Source: Craspedostauros australis
Taxonomy: Eukaryota
Assembly: GCA_030167865.1 (NCBI GenBank)
Contig: JALAGF010002696.1
Span: 1 to 47,505, forward strand
Reading direction: 5' to 3'
Length of the DNA: 47,505 nucleotides
The notes under the pieces were generated by a model. The model was given only the letters and a program-made list of their open reading frames with translations. It searched no databases and had not been told where the DNA came from. Positions 33,347 through 44,692 of the stretch are shown one piece after another (the first letter of the stretch is position 1; every line of letters begins with the position of its first letter). Made by a program: the position numbers and the translations under genes.

Positions 33347-33713
33347 ATGATCACTGGAGTTGCTACCGCCGCAGTATGTGTTTCGTGGCTCGCAGGTGCT
33401 CTGGAGGAGGAGGAAGATACTGGCTGGACTGCGTGAGACATAGATCGTAAAGGACAGCGAACCACAATGGTGCTGCTCCATCCCTATCCAACAAAAAGAA
33501 AGACAACGACTCTGGCAGAATACAAATGCGTGCCTACTACTCGATATGGTATTCAAGCCAGGTGCCTAAAGGTTTACAGGTTTCATTTATTTTGGGCCGT
33601 TTGCTTGGTGCACGCCAAGATGCGTTTCACGGAGCTTGCTTGCTGAAAATGCTTCAAAGTCTTTGCGCACGATGCCAGAGTACGTACAGTGCTCCAGTTC
33701 TCCGCCTTCATGT

Positions 33714-35048
33714 CTATTTGCAGGAGTATGTATGCTGACTGACGATCAAAGCGATGATCATTCCGCTGTGAATTGCATGGTGAGATGGTTCATTGGAGTA
33801 GAGCGCAGTGCAATGTATCGTGCGTGGAAGAGTCGTGTAATAGAAGAGCAAAGCGCAGGCGTGAGATGGATGAAGCTTTGAGGGCGTTTGCTTGTCACAG
33901 TCTCGGTTGATTCAATGCTGGAGATGGAAAGACTCCATCTCATGCGAGGCGGCAAGCCAATCAGTCGAACGCAAGCCAATCCAATCCAATCCAATCCAAT
34001 GTGCTTGACTTACTACAGTGCGAGCGCTTCCGAAAAGATGAGCATGATGAGCATTCCGATGAAGAGCTTGTTCTGATCATCCGATCCGCTGACATCCTCG
34101 ACGATTGCCTCCTCACCGTCCGGGACGTTTGCGTATCCCTCCTTTTCTATCTGCGATGGGAAGAGAGTAATCTGAGATGCACGGTACCCCACGGCACGCA
34201 CACCGTAGTCGCCGACGATGCCAATGCAAAGGCCAGCGGCCAAACCCGAGAGACCGCAGCACAGGCCGGAGGCCAGATGCGCCAGTCCAGTGTATGTTGA
34301 GTAAACGTTGCCTTCGGCGGTCGGCATCGATATCGACTGGGCGATGATGACTCCGACGATCAATCCGTAAATGCCGATAACTCCAGCCATGACGATTGGA
34401 ATGACATTCTTCATGACGGAGCTGGGGTGTCTGATTCCAGTGTGGACGACGCTAACTCCGGCCTTCCATGTTCCCATCTATTTTATTATGCAAGTACATA
34501 CATACATGTGTGTGTGTTCAGGTGCATCATTGTGATGACATCCGAGCATGAACGTCGACAGAGACGAAGAGAGTTGGTGAGAGAGAGAGTTTGGGGGACA
34601 GATGAAGTTGAGATGGATGAAGCGCAGAAATCGCCAGATGTCAGATCAACAAGCAAAACTCAACAGAGCCAATTTTTTGTTCTTGATGTGCTGGGTCTTT
34701 GCGGATGACCCTGCGGTTCGTGTGGTTGCTACGCGATCTTGCGCCGAGTCCGTCTGCTTGCAGATGACGACAACAGGCTGCGACAAAGCACTCGAGCATC
34801 GCACAACAAAGGGTGACGGTGACGACGATGCCATGGATGGAGCAGCCGCATTTCAGGACATGGACAAGAGAGAGAGACAAAGAGCCGATAACAGCGCGGA
34901 CAGCGAGTCGTGTGGGATGGTGTGTGGCATCACTTACGGCACTTCCCCAGTTGCTGAGGCAGACGGCAGATGCCACGCCCATGTATCCTAGACAGGCCGC
35001 ATACGATGGGCATTGTATTTGTTCTGGCAGAGGGGCGTCAGTGTTCAT
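33714..35048 (-). CDS. V-type H+-ATPase proteolipid subunit c (divergent paralog); exons 35048-34938, 34477-34014, 33765-33714 (208 aa)
   Basis: [40 protein letters not shown]. Splicing at TA|GTAAGT...CACAG|C restores [16 protein letters not shown] with the essential Glu. Confidence 0.92.
33976..34000. repeat. (CCAAT)5 microsatellite within V-ATPase intron
   Basis: ccaatccaatccaatccaatccaat read directly. Confidence 0.9.
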
Positions 35049-36200
35049 GGTTGGCTGAGTGTACTTCTGCTGTTCGATGGGTGTTCAGTGGATGTTCAAT
35101 GGATGTTCAGTGGAGGGCGGATTGCGAGGTTGTGTTGGAGGAGTGTTCGTGTGTTTTGTTGTGGTGTCTCTTGTTTGTTTCCTTTTGTGCCGTTCCTGTG
35201 GATTGGCCTTTCGCTGTTGTTCGTGCTCTTCAGCTTGCGCTCTCTGGATACGGACGATCTCACACCGCTCTTGTCGGGTTGTCAGTGCGCTGTTTGTTGC
35301 CGTGGCAGTTGTCGGAGGCAGCCGCTGACCAGCCCCACGACAAACTCACGCGTAACACCTGGCCAACCAGATGGACCGTGAGTGAATCTTGTGCTTGTCG
35401 TGTTGTCCACGATTTAGATGTCTTGATCGTGTCTCTATGATGTTATTATCCAATGGAAAGCGTCTAAGCATCGTTTCCGGCGTGTATGTGACAATAACAC
35501 GTTCCTTAATATGAGTAGTTGGGTTCGACACGCTCTGATGCACTCCGTTGAATAGACATAGTAACACGCCAGTCGGTCCAAACACATCGTTTGCGAACAA
35601 CAGATTTGCAGTCATGCGGGTCAACTGTTCTCATTCGTAAGAGGCCAGTCCCGGATGCACAGACGATCAGAAATGTGCGTAGTATACACTACCGAAGTTA
35701 GACAATTTTAACAACATCAAAAGCGGATTTGAGATGACGCAATGAACAAGCGCCAAGAACATCGGAGAGCACAGTACTCTGCTACACTATACTCTGTTCT
35801 CGTACCAACCTCATCAACCAAGATGATCTCTGCAGAAGAATGGAGGTTTTAATTTCGAACCAAGGCAAAGGGGGGTGTTGGTGGTGAAGGGCATCAGCAG
35901 AAGGATCTGGGGTGGATGCGCGATGTGAAAACCGGTGGATGAAGGGTTGACTGCGCAGAGGATGAAGATTGAAAAGCGCTTGGATACCTTTTGACAGCTT
36001 CCTTCTTGTCGAACAGGGACGGTGCGAATTCATGCGTGCGCGCATGCAAATCCATCTCTCCTCAGCTTCACTCCTCTCGGTGCAACAATTGGGCATCACG
36101 AAAACAAACCAAGTGTCAACTTACGATCGTTATATTCCACAATTGTTACAAGCATCCGCATTGCACAACATACTATTTGTCATTCTACGCCAACTCTACC

Positions 36201-37493
36201 ATGGACTCCATCATGGCGCGAATGCTGCAGCCGATCAAGAGCATCTTCGACAACAAGCTCGTACTCGACGACCGTGAGCCGGCCATGACGTTCGAATTGC
36301 CAGGCTTCGACGGCACCTTTGGGCTGCTGATGCCGGAAGGGGAGCTCTGGCTTCAGCTGGGTGCTCTGATCAGCCTCCAAACGGGGCTCCAGTGCCTGTT
36401 CGGTGCCATCATCTACACCCTCATCATCAAGCCGAGGAAGGCAGGCAGCAAGGATCGCATCGCGCCCCAACTCCTGGGCTGGGGCATCATCTTCCCAATC
36501 GCAGCCTACGCCAGCTACCTCACTTTGGAAGTCCTCGACGTCCGCAACAAGGTCATCAAGATGGCGGCCGGCACCTTTTCCACCGTCGTCTGCTTTCGCG
36601 TCATCGAGGCCATGTACGAAACGCCAGCCTCGCCGGCAGTTGAGACCTCGTTGGGGCATTACGCCGCGTACTATTCGACCCCGGTGCCATGCATCTGGGA
36701 CGCCAAGACGATGCAACGCGTCAAGGGGGCGCCGTACCAGACATTGAAAACGACCCTGTTCACCCTGTGGCACTTCGTTCTCGTTTCCTTCACGCTCTCT
36801 TTTCTGGCGCACTTCGACTACAAGCCATTCCCGAATGATCCGGTGGAATTGGACAGCACGGAATTCTCGTTCGATCTGTTCACGCCGCAGCATCTGGCCA
36901 ATGCGTACTGTCAGATCCTGATGCTTTACTCCATTCTGTTCATCGGCTTCAACGGCTCGGCGCTGTCGCCGCAGCTGCAGGGCTTTGCCACGGTTCCGAT
37001 CTTCACCAACCCCATGCTGACGAGCCGATCTGCCACCGAATTCTGGACGCAGCGTTGGAACATGATGATCCATGCCTTGCTGAAGCATGGAATTTTCCGG
37101 CCGCTGCAAAAATGTGTGCCGCTCAATCTGGCCATCCTTCTCACCTTCGTGGCATCCGGCGTGTTCCACGACTACTCGTGGTCGACCGTGTTCTACAAGT
37201 TCGAGTCCTGTGGCGGTCCCGATGGTGTGGAGGGGGAGACATGCTACGACATCGTACTTGGCAGAACCACCATCTTCTTCTTTCTCACGGGCCTTCTCCT
37301 TTTGCTGGAACGGCCATTCCTCAAATTGCCAGGAGTAGCATCATTCGCCAAGGCATTGCCCACGCCAATCATTTCCACATTGCTGGTGCTGGCGCATGCT
37401 CCATTCGCTCACCTGTACTACGGGGCGTGGATCACGGGAGGATACGTGGACGACTTTGCCATTGGCGTCTTCCACATCCGAAAACTAAACTGA
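36201..37493 (+). CDS. MBOAT family wax-synthase-like O-acyltransferase
   Basis: Multiple TM helices. FTNPMLTSRSATEFWTQRWNMMIH and TFVASGVFHD with the catalytic His. Start taken at MDSIMAR. Confidence 0.9.
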   Translation: MDSIMARMLQPIKSIFDNKLVLDDREPAMTFELPGFDGTFGLLMPEGELWLQLGALISLQTGLQCLFGAIIYTLIIKPRKAGSKDRIAPQLLGWGIIFPIAAYASYLTLEVLDVRNKVIKMAAGTFSTVVCFRVIEAMYETPASPAVETSLGHYAAYYSTPVPCIWDAKTMQRVKGAPYQTLKTTLFTLWHFVLVSFTLSFLAHFDYKPFPNDPVELDSTEFSFDLFTPQHLANAYCQILMLYSILFIGFNGSALSPQLQGFATVPIFTNPMLTSRSATEFWTQRWNMMIHALLKHGIFRPLQKCVPLNLAILLTFVASGVFHDYSWSTVFYKFESCGGPDGVEGETCYDIVLGRTTIFFFLTGLLLLLERPFLKLPGVASFAKALPTPIISTLLVLAHAPFAHLYYGAWITGGYVDDFAIGVFHIRKLN

Positions 37494-37825
37494 TGGTGCA
37501 CGATGGAAGTTGTTGCGACGGAGGGATGCAATCCAAACAACCGGCGAGATTGTTGCCAACACACGAACACGCTGCACCTCTATCAACCACGAACGCACAG
37601 CATGCGTGCTGTGAGAACTGGGTGCTCTGGGTGACCCAATTTCAAAAGAGTGCAGCATTCCAATTTCACGCGGCACTCCTGTAGATGCAGATACATGGTG
37701 AAATGTAGGACGAGTATTGCCTAATGGTTGATATTATACCAAAGCACTAGAGAGACGTTGCAAAAAGAAGAAGGCAGAGGATGTCCGAGCTCAATTTCGG
37801 AATTTCCTTTGTGTCGTCTTGGTCC

Positions 37826-38548
37826 TCAATCGTAATGCCCAAGCTCCTGCATCTTCATGAGGAATTGGAGCGCTCGCGACCGTCGCGCAATCTGGATGGG
37901 AGTGCTGTCTGCCCCAGCCATGGGCTTCTTGGGGTCCTGGCCTGCCCTGACTAACGCCTCGCCTCCGATGGTCAGATTGTTGCTTGCCATGCGATGAAGC
38001 GCCGTGTATCCGTACGTGTCCTGCGAGTAAATATCCGCGCCTGCATCAATCAAGGCCTGCGTGGATAGCTGGTTCTTTTGGGACATACCGCATGTGTGCA
38101 ACGGGCGGGCACCACCCGTGGACATTTCTTCCTTGAGTTCTGGAAAGTCGCTGACAAGCTCCTTGACCTTTTCGGGTCCGACCTGGATTGCGCGGCTCAT
38201 GAGGGAGTATCCCTTGCCATCGTAGCCTGGTCCGGGTCGGTTATTGTGGTTCTGATACTGCTCACCAATCACGACCTCACCGGCCTCGTTGCGCACCACG
38301 GAACCGCCGTAGATGCCCGCGCCGACGGTGTCCGCGTACGGATCGAAACCATCGGGGTCCGTGCTGCCTGGCAGACCATACTGTTGCGCCATACCTGTCG
38401 AGTACGGATCGTGGGTGATGCGCACACCGTCCTTGCGGTAGTATTCTTTGGCGTTGGATGACATGATGACCGTGGAAGGCGAATGGATGGAGCGACGTGA
38501 TGAATACGGTGCCACCAAGGAGATCGCAAACAGCTTCCTCAGGATCAT
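37826..38548 (-). CDS. Ankyrin-repeat protein with Gly/Tyr-rich N-terminal region
   Basis: TGGARPLHTCG, LIDAGADIYSQDTYGYTALHRMASNN, STPIQIAR ankyrin-like repeats. Possible targeting leader before a second Met (MSSNAKEY). Confidence 0.8.
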   Translation of the reverse strand: MILRKLFAISLVAPYSSRRSIHSPSTVIMSSNAKEYYRKDGVRITHDPYSTGMAQQYGLPGSTDPDGFDPYADTVGAGIYGGSVVRNEAGEVVIGEQYQNHNNRPGPGYDGKGYSLMSRAIQVGPEKVKELVSDFPELKEEMSTGGARPLHTCGMSQKNQLSTQALIDAGADIYSQDTYGYTALHRMASNNLTIGGEALVRAGQDPKKPMAGADSTPIQIARRSRALQFLMKMQELGHYD

Positions 38549-39164
38549 GCTACTGGCTGTGCTGTGAATCGACGACGTGACGACGATGTTGTTGACAGCA
38601 AGAATTATTGTATGATTGCGCAGGAGTTGCTCCCAAGAGCATCACGGGAACTGTCGCTGCCCTGCACCCCTTTGCACCTCTCTGTACAACCTTCTGCGTC
38701 ACACGATGCTCAGCGTCGCCATGAGCGATGTGTTGGTCTGCAACACGGAATTGTCTGGATTTTGAGAATCGGACGATGGGGAAAATCTTGGTCTTGTGAC
38801 GTGGATTTGACGGGATTGATGGTTCGCATTAGATCCCGAGTGCGAGTCAGAGAATTGAGAGCGTGTGTTTGCTCCAGCCTAGCCTCGATACTCCACCCTA
38901 CCAATGTGTGTATTCGACTCTACGCTAGTTGTGATGAAAGACTAGATCTTTACATTATTATTGGGGAGGAGCGTGGACATGTGAAGGGTATGACTATTGC
39001 TGCTGCTGTTTATGAGTCCGCATGAAACCAACCGATTCTGTGTGAAGATGCGGTAGGTTTGCAATCATCATCCAGTTGGCATTGGCAGGATCTGCTTGAA
39101 TTCGCGCCACCGGGATCCATGCCCATAACCCTCCTCGAAGAGGGCGGAGGCCACAACTGCCAAT

Positions 39165-39779
39165 TTAGCAGCCGACTGCCTTGATGCTGAAGAGATCAGT
39201 GACGAACTGTCCCTCGACTCCTTGTGCCCAGATCTCCATGAACTGGATGTTGGACAGCACAGCTGGGGTTGGGCAGACACTTGGGTCGGCGTAGCATGGG
39301 ACGATGATCTTGCCGGTGGAAAAGTCCCAGTAGTTGCTGAACTCATCGAGTGGGATGGTGTATCCGTTCTGGCCTGGTCCAGGGATAGGGATGGCGGCGC
39401 GCCATTCGAATGGAATTGGCATATCGGGAGTCGGAGGAGTGTCTCCGAGGGCAATGAAGTATCCATTGTAGCCGACGAGGGAGTTCATGGTGACCTCGAT
39501 GGCAGCGCAGCCAGCGATGTTTGGGAAGGCCTTGGTGCCAACGATCTTGACGAATCCTGGTTGGCCAATGAATGGCTGGAAATTGACAAACCCATCGAAG
39601 TAAGAACGATCGCCTGCCCCCTGGAGGTTGCCCACGGAGGATCCACCAGGGATGACGTTGTCGGTCTTCACCTCCCAGCCGCTGTCACCGGCGAAGCTCT
39701 GCAAGAGGACGTCGGCGTTGGCGGTGGAGAACATGCCCATGAGGGTGGCAGCGATGGCGGAGGAAACGGAGAGCTTCAT
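39165..39779 (-). CDS. Secreted CIA30-like (NDUFAF1/CBM11-like fold) protein
   Basis: Signal peptide, WEVKTDNVIPGGSSVG (compare W..VND.VMGG.S), PGFVK, IPLDEFSNYWD, GQFVTDLFSIKA. Confidence 0.7.
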   Translation of the reverse strand: MKLSVSSAIAATLMGMFSTANADVLLQSFAGDSGWEVKTDNVIPGGSSVGNLQGAGDRSYFDGFVNFQPFIGQPGFVKIVGTKAFPNIAGCAAIEVTMNSLVGYNGYFIALGDTPPTPDMPIPFEWRAAIPIPGPGQNGYTIPLDEFSNYWDFSTGKIIVPCYADPSVCPTPAVLSNIQFMEIWAQGVEGQFVTDLFSIKAVGC

Positions 39780-41126
39780 GGTGGTGTTGTTGGCTTTTGG
39801 CGTTTGATGGGTGAATCAATCCAGATTTTGCTTTTTGTGAGGATGTGTGGAAATGTGCATCAATTCATTGTCGGAGATACGAGCGATGTGGGCACACAAA
39901 CGATGCGAGCGCACAGGCGATCGAACAGGCAAACGATGTTGGAGGGTTGGAAGTTGGGGGTTGGATTGGTTTTGGATACGATCGTACAGCCATCGCAGTA
40001 GGTGTCCTACTGCCGATCTGTCTCCGAGATGCTGACAACTGCACGTGTTTCATCTCCACCAATAATTCCCAACCACCTCAAGTGAGAAAGATCCGGAGGG
40101 AATCAGAAACGACGAACCAGGATGTGTTTTGGAGGCATCACCGGCCGTGCAGCATCTGGGGAGTTCCGTCGAGTGTCACCTTGTCAGGAGGACAACGGGA
40201 AGGAATCCAGACAAGATCAAAGAGGCTATAAATCCAAACGCTGACAAGTATGCGACAATGTATGTGCATACAGACGCGCACCGGAGAAGCTGCCTTGGGA
40301 TCCTATGCACAGATCCTTCGGATCTTTCTCGTTTTTTCGAGATTCGGTGAGGGCAGTGCCCTATTCTGTTGTTGTCTGCCCAAGACGATGGGGAGAAGAT
40401 CCTGAGATTTATTACACGCGTGTGATCTTTGGTCTTGAGTCGATGCCGATGAAACTGCAAGGGGAGGACTGCAGGGAGAACACCTGGAGGAGGAATAGAA
40501 GTGACGACCATCAATCGGGACACTTTGGTGCGTCGTCGATTCGCAAAAGATGGCACGGAGTGCACAGATGAGGAAGAACGAATCAATAAATCTGAATTGG
40601 CTGCTGAGGCCGAAAGTCACCCCACCAAGAATCTTTGGCATCACAACCGTCGGAATTCGTTGTCTGGACATAGTCGTGGTATCCTTGTGCCATACCCACA
40701 CGATTGGATGGAGAAGGGTGTTGATAAATCTGCTTGTCCATCGTTTCGCAAGGTGATGGAGCCTCTGCTCACATGGACGGAGGTTCGTGTTCGCATATGT
40801 GCAACTGACGAGATAAATGGGACGCACTATGACTCCTCTTCCAATTCAACCGACAGAATCGGAGTCACATGGAAGTCTACGAACTACAGACGTTCTATTT
40901 GAATGGCGCCGATTCTGGTGTGTCAAGTTGTACAACCGACGACCTCGAAAGGTGCTTATCACGTTTCGCGAACAGATTCGCGAAGTCTTCGTTCCTTCCT
41001 GTCACCACATCACAGGAACAGCAAGACCATGGCCTTTCCTTCCTCCTATAGCTCACTTCACGTTTAATTTTGCATGCTATGTGCTAGTAGACATGCTGCT
41101 CCACGAGTACGTACACTGCAGAACGG

Positions 41127-42477
41127 TTAGAACACGAACTGCCGACGGATCTGCACATCAGCAGACAGCGCGGCAACCGTCGTGCCCTCCAATGGCAAGC
41201 GCAAGTCTGTCACCCAAGTCCCCCGCGTAGATTTATCAGTCCACGTGAGGTACACTGCTGATGTGGGATCCACTTTCGCCCGGATCGACCCAGATGATAG
41301 CGCAATGCTCCACTGGTAGGTGATCTTCGCATCTCGCAGAGAAATGACAGGGGCGATCGTGTGTCTGTTCCAAACGCGCAATGCGTCCAAGTGGAGTGAA
41401 ACAGGTGGATGGTTTCGGTGCCATGATCGCGAGTTGGGAGGCCGAGGTCGCGAAAGTGGAAACATACAGTTGTTGTGGAACGGTGAGGACGGAATGTCGA
41501 TTGTTCGGGAGTGGCGACCATGCTTGCTCTCTGCTTGATAATGGATGTTCAAGTCTGCATTCAAGAGGCCACCAACAAATCCGATCGGATAAAGGCAGGC
41601 CAGACCAGCTAGGCCATGGCAAATCTGATCCAAGTCGCTATGCGGGATGGTCAAGTCAAATGTCAACGCAGACAGCCGCATGCAAGTTTTCGAATCAAAC
41701 GTACACATGCACAAGCATGTGTCTACGAATGATACACCGCAGACACCAAGTTTTTTGTAGACGTGCGTACCTTTCGTCAAGAGCATGGACGATGGAGACT
41801 GTGGGGTTTCTTGATTCCAAATCCAGCACCGCCTTCGTTCGTTGCGTGCCCGTCGTCGCCTCCACCTTGCAGGATGCCTCGTTCTGGAGGAAATCGTAGG
41901 CGGGCGTGACGCGGATACCACCTAACACCGACGAAGCAGTGGCCCGAGGGAAGTTGACCGTGCAACATCCCTTGGCGAACTCCAACCATCGATCGCCTCG
42001 CGTCGCGAATCGAGCCATGGCATATGACGCACCGCGCGATGCCATCACGAGGAGGTTGACGCGCTTGGAACGGAACTCGTACGATGGTTGGATGTTGAGG
42101 TCGCAGACGCTGGTGGAGATGGCGGCGTCCGTCTCGACGAAGGACGGCATCCGCTTGAGATCGTCGTATCTGTACGCCAGATTGGTCTTGAGAGATTTGA
42201 GGGCTGGGAACCAATTCGGCAACGGGCGTCTCGTGCTGTCCAGCGTCCACAGCGCTGTCGGATGAAGGCTGTCCATGTTCAGCCATCGCTTCGAGGCTTC
42301 ATCGCTGTCAGCATCACCATCATCCTTGCTTGATGTTGATGTTGCTGCGGATGCGGAGGCCCGTTCTCGCAGTGTCAACGAAACCACGGGGCCTGTCAGC
42401 GCAAACCGTCCCGTGACAATTGCTGGGAGCAACTGGAGGCACGCGAACCACAGCGGCAGATGGGAAGAGCGACGCAT
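41127..42477 (-). CDS. Hypothetical beta-strand-rich protein with signal-like leader; exons 42477-41771 and 41364-41127 (314 aa)
   Basis: Two ORFs joined in phase by GT-AG intron 41770-41365 (LDER-HTIAP). Repeating amphipathic strands; ends VQIRRQFVF. Confidence 0.7.
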
Positions 42478-43507
42478 CCTCCGTTCGTTGTGGAATGGAG
42501 TGTGGGATCCGGAGGTGGCGGTATTCGCCACAAGTGCTACTGGCGAGGTCTCCTCGGCGACGTTGGCAGCCGGCGCAACGATAATGATCGTTTTCAGATT
42601 TGGCAATCCAGTTCTGGCTCTAGCAGCACAAATCTGGACGAACTCGTCTGCTGCGACTCTTGAGTAGCTACGATGCTACGATGCTATTATACGATGTTGC
42701 ACTGTTGAGGCCAATGCTTGAACTGATGACTGTGCTCCTCTTGAGTATAATATGAATGATTGCTGATGTGGATGTCGACGTCGATGCAGTTGCAGATGCC
42801 GAGGCAGGTGTGTGTGTGTGATGGATGTGGAAGGCGGAGGTTGCAGGTGCATCGAAAAGATTTGCGCGCTGTCACTTCTGTCGTGTCGTGTCAAGAGATG
42901 GTGTGTTGGTGTCAACAACATCGACTGCTTCGATCCAACCTGTACCGAAATCAACAATCGGTTCTTGCGCTTTCATATGCATGTCTGATCGAGGCAGTTT
43001 ATTGTTTGACTGTTTGAAGAATAGTGGATGTCATTTCGTTGTTTTCAAACCGACATACATACATATTCGAAGTGAAACAACACAGACTGACGATGGAGAT
43101 GACTTTCCTCCTGTCGTTGGGCACAAGAAGAGAGAGAGAGAGAGAGGAATGACGCCTCGGGACCAGCATGCCGTATGCGCATGAGGGCACGACGCCATCA
43201 CATCGTCACATCATATTAGATCATGCTGTATTATGCTATATTATGCATCATATGGTATTATCGCAGGATGCTGTACCGCGCTCGTAGCCGAAGATATCAC
43301 CGAGGCGTACTGGTACGGAGAGCTTGCCCCAAAAGTTTCGACGCATCGAAGGGCATGAGGAATGAATTGATGGATCAGTCGATTGATGAACCACGTATTC
43401 TTTTGTTCGTTCGTTCGTTCGTTAATGCATTCATGTTGCTGTGGATATGAATACGATGGAGGCAGAGAGCAGTAGATTTCCCTCTCTGGATGGGTCTGTC
43501 TCCTGTA

Positions 43508-44692
43508 TCAGGCGGCGCATGCCAGCTTTGGCTTCTGCAGCAGCGCCAAATTGAGGCAGAAGACCTGCCAATCCGCGCCATCCCTGTGGGCGGGCATGTT
43601 GGAAAGGACAGTTTCCAATTTTGCTAGACATGTGTTGGATTCATCGTACATGGCGCACTCGTGGTATATGCAGCCCTGGTTGTTGTAGACCGCCATCAGC
43701 AGAGTGGACCAGTCCTTGGAGGGTGTCTGCGAGAGGATTCGCCGTCGCACGACTTCGTAGAGATGGTAGGCGCGGTCCAAGTACTGGCGTCCCCGCTCAC
43801 CCAACCGGCACCCCAGAATGTGGCAGGAGATGGCGAGGTTGTACCAGACCACCCACGCAATGCCACAGGGACAGACGTTTGCGTCGTGATGCGCGCAGCG
43901 GCACACGCGCTTGGTGTTGCTGCCACCGGCATTGCCATCGTTGGCATCGCCATCGGCTTCGCACGCTTTCGCAATTCTCAGCGCTCGCAGGAAGAGGTAA
44001 GGGATGCAGCCCTCGTTGGCACGGTATTTGGTTTGCGAAGTTGCGCGGCGGTTGATGATGGCGGCGGAGAAGTCCACCCAATTGTACTTGTAGGATTCAT
44101 GGGTGATGTCACCAGAGCCCCGTTGCTGCACGAAGAGGACGTTGAGCAGTGCCGATGCTTCCGTGAGGAGCTTGATTGCCTCCGTCGGGTTGCCCATCTG
44201 CAAGCACACGATGCTGTCGTTGTTGAGCTTCACGATGTCTCGATTAACGCTCGTGATCCTTATCTTGCGTGCCCTTTTGGCGGGTGGCTGGATGAACATG
44301 GTCGGCGATGGTCGTATGATGGGGATCTGCGTGTATGAGGAATTGAGCAGCGTCGCAGAGAGAACGACGGATAGCGGCGTGATCACCGCCGGCCTCCTGC
44401 TGTTGAGGTCGTTGCCGGTGTCGCTCAGAAGGCTGGATTCGAGGGACATCACCGGTGTCGCTGCTGTCAACGTCGTTGCTATGCTTCTTGTGGCTGCTGC
44501 TGTCATGTGCGACGCCACGTTGGGCATCGCAGCCTGCCCCGCTGTCGATGGCGGCGATTGAGATTGAGAGTGCACCTGCGAACTTTGCAGCATCGACACC
44601 AACGACGGAGCGCCGGCTGACGTTGCGACCGTTGCTGTTGACGCTGATGTTGCCGTCGCCGTTGCTGCTATTGCTGCCATGGTGTCCAGCAT
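43508..44692 (-). CDS. Hypothetical TPR-like helical protein with Ala/Thr/Ser-rich N-terminus
   Basis: LNNDSIVCLQMGNPTEAIKLL, VVWYNLAISCH, AVYNNQGCIYH, and a C-terminal ACAA. The pattern resembles an expanded diatom TPR-like family. Confidence 0.7.
   Translation of the reverse strand: MLDTMAAIAATATATSASTATVATSAGAPSLVSMLQSSQVHSQSQSPPSTAGQAAMPNVASHMTAAATRSIATTLTAATPVMSLESSLLSDTGNDLNSRRPAVITPLSVVLSATLLNSSYTQIPIIRPSPTMFIQPPAKRARKIRITSVNRDIVKLNNDSIVCLQMGNPTEAIKLLTEASALLNVLFVQQRGSGDITHESYKYNWVDFSAAIINRRATSQTKYRANEGCIPYLFLRALRIAKACEADGDANDGNAGGSNTKRVCRCAHHDANVCPCGIAWVVWYNLAISCHILGCRLGERGRQYLDRAYHLYEVVRRRILSQTPSKDWSTLLMAVYNNQGCIYHECAMYDESNTCLAKLETVLSNMPAHRDGADWQVFCLNLALLQKPKLACAA

Noticed and set aside
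34013-34015. Apparent premature stop truncating the V-ATPase subunit
   Set aside because: The TAG overlaps a GTAAGT donor; splicing to 33765 restores the full C-terminus.
35515-35540. GGTTCGAC B-box-like motif as a second tRNA
   Set aside because: Flanks do not form a T-stem and no matching 5' half was seen.
39121-39131. GCCCATAACCC resembling the initiator tRNA anticodon loop or a copia half-tRNA PBS
   Set aside because: No cloverleaf or LTR context; likely a chance match.
40129-41100. Short ORFs that might be a degenerate gene
   Set aside because: No recognisable motif or consistent exon structure.
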